Source: Phallusia mammillata (lineage: Eukaryota). From it: a DNA stretch of 64,000 bases. Position 1 is the stretch's first letter, and each line of letters opens with the position of its first letter. The stretch covers positions 26,288,001-26,352,000 of the forward strand of contig OZ281496.1 of assembly GCA_965637545.1 (NCBI GenBank). The letters run 5' to 3'. Position numbers and translations under genes: made by a program. Under the pieces are notes generated by a model, which worked only from the letters and a program-made list of their open reading frames with translations, searched no databases and was not told the DNA's origin. This document shows, piece after piece, positions 1 through 13,523 of this stretch.

Positions 1-399
1 TTGAGTTGGGTTGAGTTAATTTGACTTAAAAGTAATTTAATATCGTCTCGTCTCGGTTTTTAGTCTTGATTAGACCTGTTTTTTATTGTAAGGCAAAAAC
101 GACATGGTCTTTCCGCTTACCTGATTGGATAGACATTGTTGTACTTGTCCATTCAAGTTACAGTCTTCAAAACCACTTGAACTGTAACATCTCATGCATT
201 TTAGACCTACAAGCATATTATAGTTTAGACATATCATAGTTTTATTTCACTTTGCGTATTTTTAAGCATGTACGGCATTTCATATTGATCCAAACAAACG
301 CATTGTTAATTAATTTTGTGTAGCTTACTTACTTTGGACGCATAAGAGTACTTTAAAAAGCGCCAAAATCCTAATAAAAAATCTCATTCTGCTTCTCAT
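1..399 (-). CDS. Ly6/uPAR-sushi-vWA secreted protein, copy 1 (5' part only; continues off the left edge)
   Basis: Exon 399-333 encodes MRSRMRFFIRILALFKVLLCVQ followed by a GTAAGT donor. Exon 206-121 encodes (S)LKCMRCYSSSGFEDCNLNGQVQQCLSNQ with AG/GT ends. Both are homologous to exons 1-2 of the complete copies. Confidence 0.8.
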
Positions 400-899
400 T
401 AAAATTTGAAAGAGAATATTTAGGCCCTGTTGGCGACAACTAATCGGTAAAACTAAGCTGCAATCTGTCTTAACTTCTGTTTTTACCCCTCGGGGCAGTC
501 CATAAGTGCTAATTTCAAAACGACAAACTTTTAACGTAGAAACCGCGGTTGAATGAAACATCAAAGTTCATTAGTGTTGTGCGTCACGCTTTGTCCATGT
601 TATTGCACCTGTACTGGTGACAAATACTTTCTGGTCCCGTGTGTCTTGGTATTTAGCCTGTGTAAAAGTACGCAAAAAAACACAGATAACCTTCATGATA
701 ATGATAAAAAAAGTAGTTGGACGAAATCCCGCTAAAAATTTCGCTAGGAATACTTAACATTAACGCACTGCGCAAACAGTGCATTGGCATTTCTATCGAG
801 CGCGTAGTTAAAGTAAAACAGGAACTCATTTTTTGGGGTTTCCAAACATAATGTTACATATTCTTCATTCGGGCCATTGTAACTACTGCTGGTTGGTTT

Positions 900-2855
900 C
901 TATTGGTGTTCATGCATCACGTGATCGCACGGGTTGTGACAGAAGTATTTGTCCATCACATCAAGTGTTTGTGCTGTAACCGCTTCAATGTCGTCGTCAA
1001 AAATGTAGACAAGCTCTTCCGCTCCCGTGATTTGAGCCAAACGCTCTCTGTCGAACTTAGTGCTACCGGTTTGATAAGCGTTCACGTACACCTGCATAAA
1101 ACGCTTGATTTTGTAGCAATGCGTTAACGTGAATGTCCAAGTTTGATGAAATTGTTTTGGTGCAAATTAAATGTGCTTAAAACTAAATTGATTTGTCATA
1201 GGGATATTGTAGCCTACAGTAAAATTGTATGAAAACTAATGCATTTTGGTCGTATTGTTTTGAAACCCGTTTTGGATGTAACTGTGTTGTATTAAAAGTG
1301 CTGAAACCACTTACAATATAACCTCGTCTTCTTGCTTCTTCTGCCGGCCCCTTGGCGTCTTCGCTTAAGTTGGTATTTGTTATAATTCCCAAAGATTTCG
1401 GTGCTCGGCCATCCCTCATTCCAGCTTCAGGGACAAACAAATTGTCCAGAGCATACTGTATAGCATTTCCAGTGCTTAATTCTCCTGTTAGTAAGGCATT
1501 AACGTGAGAAAACAGCCATTGTGATTGATGCATTGTAGGCTGTACTTTTACCTTCGTTTACCACAGACATTCTTTTTCGTACCAACTCCACAAGGAGTGT
1601 AGCATTTTCGCCATAGTCGTTGAACTGAACTATAGATGATTCGACCGGATCACCGCTGTGATACATCGTTGAAATTTTGATCGCATCGAATGCAATAACA
1701 CCACTAAAAACATTTACAGTATACATTTGACAGGAGGGTCTTTTGGCGAAACGTAAATGCACTTACTACACGACAAACTCCAACATTTCTTGAAGTTGTT
1801 TTTCGGCATCGTTTCCAGTGACATGATAAATCTGCAGGTCGTCAAGCAAATAATAAGGCGGACAGGGTCCTTCGTAAAACAGAAACATGATAGAAGAGAA
1901 ACCTTTATTTGTTACCTAATATTTTTGCACCTACGGGCACAACATGGTGGTTCGTATGCCCACGAACCGTTACCCAAACAAACATTTGTCAAACGTCCTT
2001 TAGGCCACACGGAATAGTCCTTTCCCATGCATTGATACTCGCACACTGCTGATCCTGGTTTATTGTTACCATAACATTCAATGTTACCGTGTGGTAAGAC
2101 TGTGGATGGTTCTAGGCAATCTTGTTCTACAACTTAAAAAATTAAGTACAATGTGTAAATTTCACAAGAAGTGTCCAAACCTGGCTTGGCGTCCATGTAA
2201 AATTCAGTACATGTTGGCGGACCAACGTTGCACATATTAGTCTCACAGCAGCACGTACACAAGGAATTAATTTGATCTTTGTTGCATTGGCTTGAGTTTC
2301 CAGAGTATTTTGTGTTCTGTTTTTAATCAAAAAATTAAATCACAAATCCACAGTTTGCTACAAACAAATTTGTATGACAAAAATATTGTTAAGTGTTGTA
2401 CCTGTTGCTGATTGTTTCTGCAAGCTCCTTTGTCTTTGCATCCTTTCATTACCGTCATACGATTTCCATGCCGTCTCACGACCGTTTCACATGTCAGCTA
2501 CATGAAAAATGAATTAGATCTTAAATTACATTGGTTGATTTTTGCTGAATTTACACTTCTTAATGACCTAAATGCTAAAAAGCTTTCAACAAGACCAAAG
2601 GCAAACCCGGGAAGCCTGGAAAACTATATTCTGGTTGGTTTTTGAAGTTACCTGATTTGACATGCATTGCTCGATGCGTCCATTCATGTTGCAATCGTCA
2701 AAACTGCTTGAGCCGTAGCACATCATACACTTCAAACCTGTAGCATGTGTTTCGACGTTTATTTTTACACTGCACAGCAAAAACAAAATACATCACCTAC
2801 CTTCGGCGTTTGTCAAGACAGTTATAAGTAATCCCAATAAAATGCATTTTGACAT
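900..2855 (-). CDS. Ly6/uPAR-sushi-vWA secreted protein, copy 2 (intact, 9 exons)
   Basis: Signal exon MSKCILLGLLITVLTNAEG; LU-like LKCMMC...KGC...CTCCCETNMCN; sushi ending CLGNGSWAYEPPCC; vWA exons RPCPPYYLLDDLQIY, STGNAIQYALDNLFVPEAGMRDGRAPK, VYVNAY...FCHNPCDHVMHEHQ*. All splice phases are compatible and no internal stop was found. Confidence 0.88.
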
Positions 2856-3372
2856 TTTTCTACCTGCCTAATTTAAAATGTGACTTGCGAGTCTTGCAAT
2901 GTCTGCCACACACGGTCAGTAATCTTTGCCGGTGTTGATATGTTAAAGTTATGAGCCCTAGGCGATAAACATATTGGACGCTTTTGGTTTAGGCTTTACA
3001 CAGACCAGCAACGCAAAAGTTAATGTAAATCGCGTGGGCTTTAAGACCTTTATGTTTTCCGGATTACCAATCAATTTTGCTAAAGTTTTTGCTTGTTGTA
3101 AATTATAACCTAGTCACGATAAGTACTCGTCTTACATCTTTATATTAGTACACAATTATCGTAAAGTGTTAACGTGCATGTTAAAAGGAAAAGACAAAAA
3201 GACACGTACAACGGCAAAAAGAGGCAACAACGCACGTCGGTATACATTGTATTCCGGCATTTTTTATGAATACTGGCAATGACATCAGCGATGCAGGAAT
3301 GTGCACTGAGTATAAACAGGGTGTTCGGTAGTACGGTTTCTTTATAAAGACATGGATTGTTTTGAGTTAAGT

Positions 3373-5586
3373 CTACTCGTGGTCATGTAGCACGTGATCA
3401 CATGGATTTCCGCAGAAATAGTTGTTAATAACAGCCACGTTCTCAGTACTTAGGTTGCTGACGTCGTTATCGAACAAAAACAAGTGTTCCTCGTTCCCAG
3501 TAATCTCAAATAACTTTTTGCGGTCAAACTTGAATCCATTGGTTTCAGATCCAACCACGAAAAGCTGAAATTGTTAAACACAAAGTAAAGCTAGTTGAGG
3601 TACTTTGGCCTTGTCGTTAACGTACCTCATGTGCAAATAAACGCGATGTTTATAAATGATAAATTAACCGGACACGGAAAGTGGCCGCAAGCAACAAATG
3701 ACTGGATGCTTAAGTTTTAACGATACCTGGTAACCAAGTCTTCTTGCTTCTTCAGATGGTGTTTTCACATCATCTGCTGGATTTGCGTTGGCAATAAACA
3801 CCCATATCGCTTTGGGGACTCTGCTGTCTCTTACGCCAGCTTCAGGTGCCAAAAGGTTGTCAAGTGCGTACTGAATTGCTGCTCCGGTATTTGCTGGGCC
3901 TAAAATGAACATAATATACTCGCGATGCATTGTAACGTTCCCATCTCCTAGCTGATAGTTGGACAAATTTACTTCCGATTACAAGATCGTACGGTTTAGT
4001 TCAGTGATTCTTAACCGCGGCTCTCAGGGCCGCATGCGGCTCCCAACTACTTATTTTGCGGCTCGCACCAGACCTAAGAAAACTGCCAAAGATTGCTATG
4101 TTAACTTTCAAGGTAATTATTTTAGTGATTCTATGAGGTCTCGTTTTTTGCGGCTCCTTACACACTTAAAAAACTGCCACTTGACCCCGACATTAAAAAA
4201 GGTTGAGAACCACTGGTTCAGTTATTGATAAACATACCTGGAACAACAGATATCCTCTGCAAGGCGAGTTCAAGGAAGCGATTAAAGTCTGCTCCGTATT
4301 CGTTAAATCGAACTACACTTGTTTCTATAGGTTTTGTGGCATAATATAGGGCAGCCATCTTTAGGGCATCCTCCGCAAATTTTAAGCTGAAAAGTAGTCA
4401 TAAATATTAAAAGTAGAGCATTAAAATTATAGCTAATTTCACTTTATTACTCTCCAAATCTTCTCAGTAGTGTATCAAGCCTGTTTTGTTGATTTTCTCC
4501 TTTAAGATGAAACAATAAAACGTCATCTAAGAGGTAGTAAGGCGGGCATGGTCCTGTACGAAATACAAAATACAAAAAACTTTCAAAATTTCTTCCTCTT
4601 GCTTTTCTCTTACTTGCACAACATGGTAGTTCTCGAGCCCAACTTCCATTTCTTAAACAAACATTAACTTCTTGCCCCTTCGGCCACACGAAGTAATCTT
4701 GTCCAGTGCATTGATATTCACAAACTGAACCAGCTTTGTTCTCGTTGTTGCATTCAATGTTGCCGTGAGGAAAATTGTCTGGTACTTCAGGACAATCATT
4801 GACTGCGAAAACCAGGTAAAACCTTTGATGAGTACGTTTCCATTACAAACTCATTAAATTATTTTAGTCTGCCGTAACTTGTTTATTTTTTGTCGTAGTA
4901 TTGGAAACAGGTCCAAAATGTACATTACTTTCATATCTCCTCCTGTATTCCGGAAAAATGACTTTTGTTATTTTTTCAGTTATCTATATCGCGCATATAC
5001 CTGGTGCGCTTGATGCAAAATGGCCTGTACAAGTTGAAAATCCAACATTACAGTAATTTTTTCCGCAGCAGCAAGTACAAACTGAGTTTGGCTGATCCAA
5101 GTTACATTGAGTTGATCTGCCCGCGTATCTTGTGTTCTAAAAAATATGGAATTTCAGTGACGTTTTAAAACGCAGGTTTGCTTTTACTTGCCTGCATCTG
5201 GTTGTCTCTACACGCTCTATCATTTTTACATCCTTTCATGACTGTCATATGAACTCCATCACGCCTCACCACAGTTTCACATAATTTCTTGAGAAAATAA
5301 ATTACCAGTAGTTGGTTTGCAGTTAAAACTAAAAGCAAACTTGCAATTTTTGTTTGACCAAATCGGTCTTTTATGTACACACCTGGTTTGGCATGCACGT
5401 TAGCATTCGTCCTCGGCTGTCGCAATTGTCCAAACCCGAGCCAAAACAAGACATACATTTTAACCCTGAAACCAAAGTCAATTATTTTTATTTATTTTAA
5501 GAAGATCATCATCACTTACCATGTACTGCCGTCAGCGATCCCACCAAAACGCAAATCAAGAAAATTGTTATTGCACTTATCAACAT
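3373..5586 (-). CDS. Ly6/uPAR-sushi-vWA secreted protein, copy 3 (intact; intron 3 has a GC donor)
   Basis: MLISAITIFLICVLVGSLTAVHG, LKCMSCFGSG, sushi, TGAAIQYALDNLLAPEAGVRDSRVPK, and the tail FCGNPCDHVLHDHE*. Phases are consistent. Donor CAG|GCAAGT at 5191-5190. Confidence 0.86.
4002..4215. mobile_element. hAT-type MITE in an intron of copy 3
   Basis: TIRs CAGTGATTCTTAACC / GGTTGAGAACCACTG. Flanking 8-mers GTTTAGTT (3994-4001) and GTTCAGTT (4216-4223) form a 7/8 TSD. Confidence 0.8.
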
Positions 5587-6265
5587 CGTTGCCTTCTAAC
5601 CATTGGCAACCATTTGAAATCAAAGCCAACTTTTCAAAACCAAAGCCCTAAGGCACATATTTTACCCTAAGCCACATCGTTGCTTGTGGTGTGTAGTTTT
5701 TCTTCGGTATAATGCTACCACAGGCAAACTGTAATGCATACGTTTTTACTTTACAGTAACCGCAGCTAACTAAATCAGACACTTAGCTGTCTAAACGCAA
5801 AATAAAAGAGACTCCGGTTTTACTGTCGTTCAAACACAACAATAACGTGAAATTTATGTAAACCACAACTTTTTTAACAACGTTTATTACCAGATTGTTG
5901 TATTCAACTTATACTATAACAAGTTTTTTACTCTTTATTTCAATGTGCTAACAAGTGTAATTTTTCTAGACCTAGAAAAGGACAAGACAAGAAACGGCAG
6001 CGAAATTGTTGGACGTCAAAAACAACATAGCATACTGGTAAAAAATATTTCTATTATTTTCAGTTTAGTCGTAGTTAGTCAAACTCATATACTTTAGAAG
6101 TTTGACTAGTTTTGTAGCTTTCCAATTTTAAACTGCGTTTGGTAAGTTTTCTGGTTTGGTCACTACTTGCGAAAACAATAATTCCTAACTATACGTCAGT
6201 TTCTCGCGCATTTCTTGTATTCATTGTCAAATTTCAGTTTGTTTCTTGTTGTGAAAACTTGGCCA

Positions 6266-8431
6266 CTAGTGGTCATGCAATACGTGATCACATGGATCTT
6301 CGCAGAAATGACTGTTGATTTCAGCCACATTTTCGGGGCCTAAGTTGCCGACGCTCTTATTGAACAGAAACAAGTGGTTCTCATTTCCAGTGACTTCTAA
6401 TAACTTCTTGCGGTTGAACTCAAATCCGTCAGTATGATATCCCATGACGTATAGCTAAAAATATTGCTAGGTTAAGTTTTGTCAAGAACTTATTGCTAGG
6501 TAAAGAACTTAAATTCAATCAATTGTTTATTTTGTTCCCTAAAATATATTGCGGAGTTACACCATGACTAATATCATGGACTTGTGATTTCATTGGGGGA
6601 AAATGGTTTAGGTTTCAATTACTCTTTTTCCTACTGGATGACTTATATTGCTAAAGCATCGTTACCTGGTAACCACGTCTTCTGGCTTCTTCAGATGGTG
6701 TCTTTACATCATCTGCAGGATCCGCGTTGGCGATAAACACCCAAATCGCTTTAGGTACTCTGTCGTCTCTCATACCAGCTTCGGCTGTTAGAAGGTTATC
6801 GAGTGCGTATTGTATTGCTGCTCCAGTGTTTGCTGGACCTAAAAATAATTTACCCTTAGTTTCGAAAATTGAGAAACTGTTTTAAAACTTGCTTGGTAAA
6901 AGGTTGACTGATTGTCTTGGGTATTTTACATATTTGATATCTTAAGCAAACCTGATTCGACAGACATTCTCTGCAAAGCGAGTTCAAGGAAGCGATTAAC
7001 GTCTGCCCCGTATTCGTTAAACCGAACCACACTCGATTCGATTGGTTCCGATGTATAATAAACGGTGGCTACTTTCAGGGCATCTTCTGCAAATTTAAGG
7101 CTACAAAAAATGTTAAGTTATAATCAAGAATATACATGTTACAAAAAATACTTCATACTTTCCAAATGTTTTGACAAGCTTGTTGAGTCTCGCTTGCTCG
7201 TTTCCTCCCCGAATTTGAAACAGTAGAATATCGTCTACAAGGTAGTAAGGCGGGCATGGTCCTAAACAAATGCAAGATACTTGTACTGTCTTTTGGTGGT
7301 TGCATTTTTTTTCAGAATAAGTTTTCAGAATAAACTCTATCATGTTTTAACTTTTTCTTACTTGCACAACATGGTTGTTTGTGTGCCCACGTCCCGTTTC
7401 CTAAACAAACGTTCAGTTCCTGACCCTTTGGTGACACGAAGTAATCTTGTCCTGTACATTGATATTCACAAACCGAACCAGGTTTGTTCTCGTTATTGCA
7501 TTCAATGTTTCCATGGGGAAGGCTGCCTTGTACTGGAGGACAATCATTGGCTGTGAAAATAATTTAAATAGATGTTGAGATGAGTTGAAGGCTATTAAAT
7601 CGGAAATAGCTTCTAATATGTACGTTAATCTTCTCTTTTAAAACCTATGTCAACTTTTGTTTGAAAACAGGCAACACGATGTTTATTATTATTACTTGCA
7701 TCTGTTTTCTCACAATTACTTTATGAACCAACGCCTAACATCATACTCTTGAACCTTGATGACTTTGTTTTACCTGGTACATTCGACGTATAATGTGTTG
7801 TACATGATGGAATTCCAACATTACAATAATCCGATCAACAGCAGCAAGTGCAGACAGAGTTTAGTTCATTGGAGTTGCATTGAGTTGATCGTCCCGAATA
7901 TCTCTGGCAATGACGGAAGTTTAAGGGCTACATAGCAAAGAAACCTAACTTTTCACTTACTTGCATTTGGTTGTCCCGACAAGCTCTATCATCTTTACAA
8001 CCTTTCATGACTGTCATATGATCACCATTACGTCTCACAACAGTTTCACATGATTTCTAAACAATATAGTTTATCAATCAATTACCAACAAACATTCTTA
8101 TTTGCTTACCTGGTTTGGCATGCACATTTGTATGTGTCCATTGGCATCGCAATCGTCCACATTTAAACCCGAACAAACCATGCATTTTAGACCTGTAAGA
8201 AAGAAAAATACACGGTTAGTTTAAAAAATAAATATTTTCACATCTTTTACCTATGTCAAACATACAAATTTGATTTCAAAACAAATTTTCAACTTTCGAA
8301 ACAAAAATTCGTTAAATTTAACGAATTTGGAATCAAAATTTGTTACCAATAGGGAAAATGCATAGGGCACCGTTCCCTTGTACTCCGGTCAGTGATCTCA
8401 TCAAAACACTCAGCAAAAGAATGTCATTCAT
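6266..8431 (-). pseudogene. Ly6/uPAR-sushi-vWA copy 4, probable pseudogene
   Basis: All nine exons are recognisable. Exon 4 has an in-frame TGA at 7837-7835 (TGC TGC TGT TGA) where copies 5 and 6 have CGA, consistent with a CpG transition. The exon-1 donor position reads G|GGAAC instead of G|GT. Confidence 0.78.
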
Positions 8432-8823
8432 CTTTTCAGATTTTAGTGTCAAATGATTGTTACTATTTAGCTTTGGCTCCTACAGGTGGTCAACTAACCA
8501 CACTCTTATATGATGCCCAACGATTTGGCACGAAGCCAAGTTTATAAAAGCCCCAAGGGCATTTTTGGCTTGATCCGTAAAGCATGCGTTTCCCTTTCCT
8601 GCCGTGTTACCGCAGGCAAATTACCAGACAAACAGTTTGTGTTTAAAAAGGAGTAAATCAGGCATATCTAATTTAAATGATGGAGTGCGCATCATCACGC
8701 CCAATAAAGACACTAGATTATATTCCCTGACGGTAAATCTGACGTGAGTTGCGATATGCACTTGACTGCACTGAACATACATTTTTGTTGGCTGGTGTAT
8801 TTTTATGGTGATTCACTGCAAAG

Positions 8824-11059
8824 CTATTGGTGATCATGCAATACGTGCACACACGGATCTCCACAAAACTGTTTGTTGACTGTAGCAATGTTTTCAGGCG
8901 TGAGGTTTTCACTATCATTGTCGAACACGAACAAATGTTTTTCATCCCCAGTGATCTCTAGTAACTTTTTACGGTCAAACTTGAATCCGTCTGTTTGATA
9001 CCCGATGATATAAAGCTGAAATACATGCGGCATATGATATGTCGAGTTGTAAATTATAAAAGGTGTATGCCTCCTGTTTTAGTTTGTGTAATTTCATATC
9101 CAATGCAGCGTTACCTGGTAACCACGTCGTCTGGCTTCCTCTGATGGTGTTTTTACATCATCTGCAGGATTTGCGTTTGAAATCTGAACCCAGATTGCTT
9201 TAGGTACTCTGCTGTCTCTCATACCAGCATCGGGCGTTAGGAGGTTATCGAGTGCGTACTGAATAGCTGCTCCGGTATTTGCTGGTCCTAAAATAAACCT
9301 TGTTTACCCTAACGGTTTTGTTTAGTTAATCGTTTTGCATTATATGATGTATACCATAGGTTTGGTGTATAGGTAGGCCTAATGGTTTTGTCGCACCACA
9401 GTTTACCGAATTTACATACCTGGAACAACAAACATTCTTTCCACTGCGAGCTCAAGCAAGCGCTCGACATCTGCTCCGTATTCGTTAAACCGAATAACAG
9501 TCGATTCAACCGGTTCTGCGCTATAATATAGAGCTGCCGCCATGAGAGCATCTTCTGCAATCTTTGGGCTACAAAACAAACCGTATCAAATGAAATAAGA
9601 ATAATAAAAACACATGGAACATAATTTGCCTTCGCTTACTATCTAAGTTTTTGCACAATTTGGTTGAGCTTAACTTGTTGGTTTTCACCTCCCACATGAT
9701 ACAGGAATACATCATCCAGTAGATAGTAAGGTGGACAAGGCCCTGCAAAAAAAGCAATTGCCAGTACTTGGCGCTTAATTTACTTTCAGAAGTAAGTGTT
9801 TATTTTGTTTGGTGAAAGAAAACATTTCATCACAGTTGGAAGGCACAATTGGTATGTAATAGCTGAACGCTCTACAGCTACACCGTACTTTATTGAATCC
9901 TATCTAAAACAAATTACCGAAGTTTAGTGTCGCTGCAACATGTTTCACTTACTTGCACAACATGGTGTTTCTCGTGCCCAACTTCCATTTCCCAAACAAA
10001 CATTTACTTCTTGTCCCTTTGGCCACACGCTGTAATCTTGTCCAGTGCATTGATATACACAAACTTTGTTTGCATCATAGCATTCAACGCTGCCGTGTGG
10101 AAAGTTTGGTGTGACTTGTGGGCAGTCATTGGCTATGACAAACCATACAAACAATATGTGAAAAAATTGCCTACAATTGGCCTTAAGTCATGCCTTGACT
10201 ATATGTATTTGATACAATAATAAACAAACGATACTCCATGTTCAATTTAATCTACCCCTTTCTCAAATTAATCTCCGGTTATTATTAATTTTATATTAAC
10301 TTGTATAAAGGTAATGCAAACCTTTAATAATTTTATTGCTATTTATCAGCAAGAAACGTATGTGATTTACTTATTATCTAGTTTTTCTAAGGCTGTACTT
10401 ATGCTATTGTTTACAAACTACACTAAACGCTTCGAAACACATGATCCATGTTGTGATGTAAAAGTCAAACATTACATAAGGATAACGTTTACCTGGTGCA
10501 TTTAACGTGTAATGAGTTGTACAAGTTGGAATTCCAACATTGCAAAAATCCGCTCGACAGCAGCAAGTGCAAACAGAGTTTGGTTCATCTGAGTTACATT
10601 GAGTTGATCTTCCTGCATATCTCGTGTTCTAATTTCAAAGAAACCGACAACATTATGCCTAGAGTCGATTTTGTACAATGCTTCTTACTTGAAGCTGATT
10701 GTCTCGACATGCTCTTCTGTCCTTACAGCCTTTCACGACGCTCATATGATCACCATATCGTCTCACAACAGTTTCACACGAGCCCTAGAGAATGTGTTTG
10801 TAATTTCTTATATGCACTAGGCATTTACTTTACAAATCGAACTGATGTTGGTACCTGATTTGACATGCATTCTTCTATGTGCCCTATAGAATCACATTCA
10901 TCTATGCTGCTCGATCTTTGGCATGTTATGCATTTTAAACCTTAAAGCATTTATATTTAGTATAATAATTGACATTGAAGCCTTCTAGTGTTAAAGATGT
11001 TTACCTTGTGCGTATACCAGCCAACTGCACATCAGCACAAGCTTCCAAAGATCCTTCAT
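8824..11059 (-). CDS. Ly6/uPAR-sushi-vWA secreted protein, copy 5 (intact)
   Basis: MKDLWKLVLMCSWLVYAQG, LKCITCQRSS, sushi with a 3-aa deletion (shared with copy 6), RPCPPYYLLDDVFLYHVGG, and the tail FCGDPCVHVLHDHQ*. All phases are compatible. Confidence 0.86.
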
Positions 11060-12034
11060 TATCATGATTTTTGACAGAATTGTTGAATACCTTCCCTGAA
11101 CCTGCCTTAAATGTCTCTGGAAAAGATGTCTCGCCTACCCAAGGTTTCCTTATCGTTTGCATTATGTTGCCTTAGGGCTTGTCATGCATAACTTAGGACT
11201 TGTTATACAGGACTTCAAGCATTTTCGTGATATGATCGACCAAATAGGGCTGTACTCTGGTTCAATTAGTTATTTCTGTTAAGATCAGCGCAATAGGACG
11301 ATTGTGTGAATTCCAGTCATAAAAACGTTGTTAATTTTTTTCATAAGAACAAGACAGATTATAGCAGCAGGCGCGTTACAACCGAATGGTTTATTGTGGT
11401 AAATTAGCTGTATCGAGAAATATAACCCTGATTATTTCCGGTTTAAACGCTCCTTTTTTCTAAGAAGTTTATGCGCATAAATATACGTTCATGTGTTGTT
11501 TTGCAACACATGCGATATCGTGGCTTTAGGGTTTTAAGCAAGCCAGAAGCCTTGTCCCGTGTAGGTTTTAATGTCATTTATTGCACTCATGTGAACGAAA
11601 ATATGTTATGTGACGTTTTTTGGGGGCTTTGGTTTTTCTTAAACGCGTAAAAAAAACATATAGCAGTTGTATACACACCAACTATACAATATTATAATTT
11701 ATCCTCAATGTTTAAAGTTGTGGTTTTTTAACAAAACTGATTCTGTGTTTAGGATTAGAAATTCTTGACAACCACTAATTTTTTTAACCCGAATTCTCAG
11801 ATCATGTGACATACAATCTGTGAAATCTTATATGGTGGTTAACATAAAACGCAAATAAACATTCTAAACTTAATTTGCTAATGTCGGCTTTTCAATGATG
11901 TCACACAAATTGCTCTGTATTTATAACTAAAATGACAAAACTCCAATATACATAAGTACTGTTTATTGACATCTTAATGTGTTAGTTAGATTTCTCCTTA
12001 ATGTGGATATAACACTGTCATTAAGTATGAACAT

Positions 12035-13523
12035 CTACTGGTGTTCATGTAATACGTGAACACATGGATCTCCACAGAACTGCACGTTGATCACATCAAT
12101 AAGCTTTTTTGAGCTTAGCTTGTGGATTTTCCCCGCCAGTGTGATACAGAAAAACATCGTCTAACAGGTAGTAAGGTGGACATGGTCCTGTTTAAAAATC
12201 AAATATATGTTTCCGTATTTATTTGTCACTATTTTTTACCAAAGTTGAAAAACTGTATACATTCAATCATTTTCTTACTTGCACAACATGGTGTTTCTCG
12301 TGCCCAACTTCCATTTCCCAAACAAACATTTGCTTCTTGTCCCTTTGGCCACACTGAGTAGTCTTCTCCTGTACATTGATATTCACAAACCTTATTCCTC
12401 TTGTGGCACTCAACGCTGCCGTGTGGAAAGTTGGGTGACACTTGTGGACAGTCATTAACTATAAAAGATACAAAAGTTACATTTTCTGCAACTAAATGAG
12501 TTGTATTTGCGATCATCACAGGTAGCACAAGCTTATAATTGGGACACATATTTATCCAAACTGTACCACTAACCACTAAAACAATTGCCATTTTTCATAA
12601 AAACAGTTGATCTTCATATGTACTAGTTGCCATTTAAGCATATATTTATTAAGTGAGGTTTGTTTTTCATCAATTGTTATTTGCTGTAATCTGACTAATT
12701 TAAAGCTCGACTCGATAATTTGTATCTATATCGAGTATACATTATACCTGGTGCGTTCAACGTGTAATGAGTTGTACAAGTTGGAATTCCAACATTGCAG
12801 AAATCCGCTCGACAGCAGCAAGTGCAAACAGAGTTTGGTTCATTCGAGTTGCATTGAGTTGATCTTCCGGAGTATCTCGTGTTCTAATAATTTTAAAGGG
12901 TTTAAGTCTTATTAAAAAGCGCGATTTTACTGTACATTACCTGCATCTGATTGTCCCGACAGGCTCGAACATCTTTGCAACCTTTCATGAGCGTCATGTG
13001 ATCACCATCACGTCTCACTACAGTTTCACATGATTTATGAGAAAAATAGATGCGTTGGTCAGTTTTCGGTTTGCATGTTTTGTAATGGTTAACGTTTAGT
13101 TATTTTACATGCGGTAAATGATCATCCATTGTATTTGCAAAGAATTTAGATTTTCATAAAATTTCGTGCCGAGACGTACATTCATTTGTTCTAACGCAGT
13201 TTAGACATTTTAAGCAAAATATATATTTTCGAGTTGGTTTGACTGATCAATTCTTTCGTGTGGGTGTTTTCAGCATTTTATTCTGAAGCCTTAAACGTCA
13301 GTTAAGCCTCAAACGCCAGTTACTAGGTATACCTGATTTGGCATGCATTTTTGTATGCTTCCATTGGCATCGCAATTGTCTACGCTTGAACCATAACACT
13401 TCATGCATTTCAGACCTGAAAATGCTTTTGTGAGTTTTGCTTGTTGACTTGATTATTTTACAACTTACCTTGAATTCCGTTTAATCATCCTATTAAAACA
13501 CAGATACTGAGAATAATTTTCAT
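12035..13523 (-). pseudogene. Ly6/uPAR-sushi copy 6 with the vWA core deleted, pseudogene
   Basis: TGA at codon 13 of the signal exon (13487-13485). Exon 6 (CPPYYLLDDVFLYHTGGENPQAKLKK) is fused directly and out of frame to the terminal INVQFCGDPCVHVLHEHQ* segment. Exons 7-8 and most of exon 9 are missing. Confidence 0.82.

Noticed and set aside
602-696. Alternative first exon for array copy 1 (MKVICVFLRTFTQAKYQ...)
   Set aside because: Not signal-peptide-like; exon 399-333 matches the paralog pattern and has a better donor.
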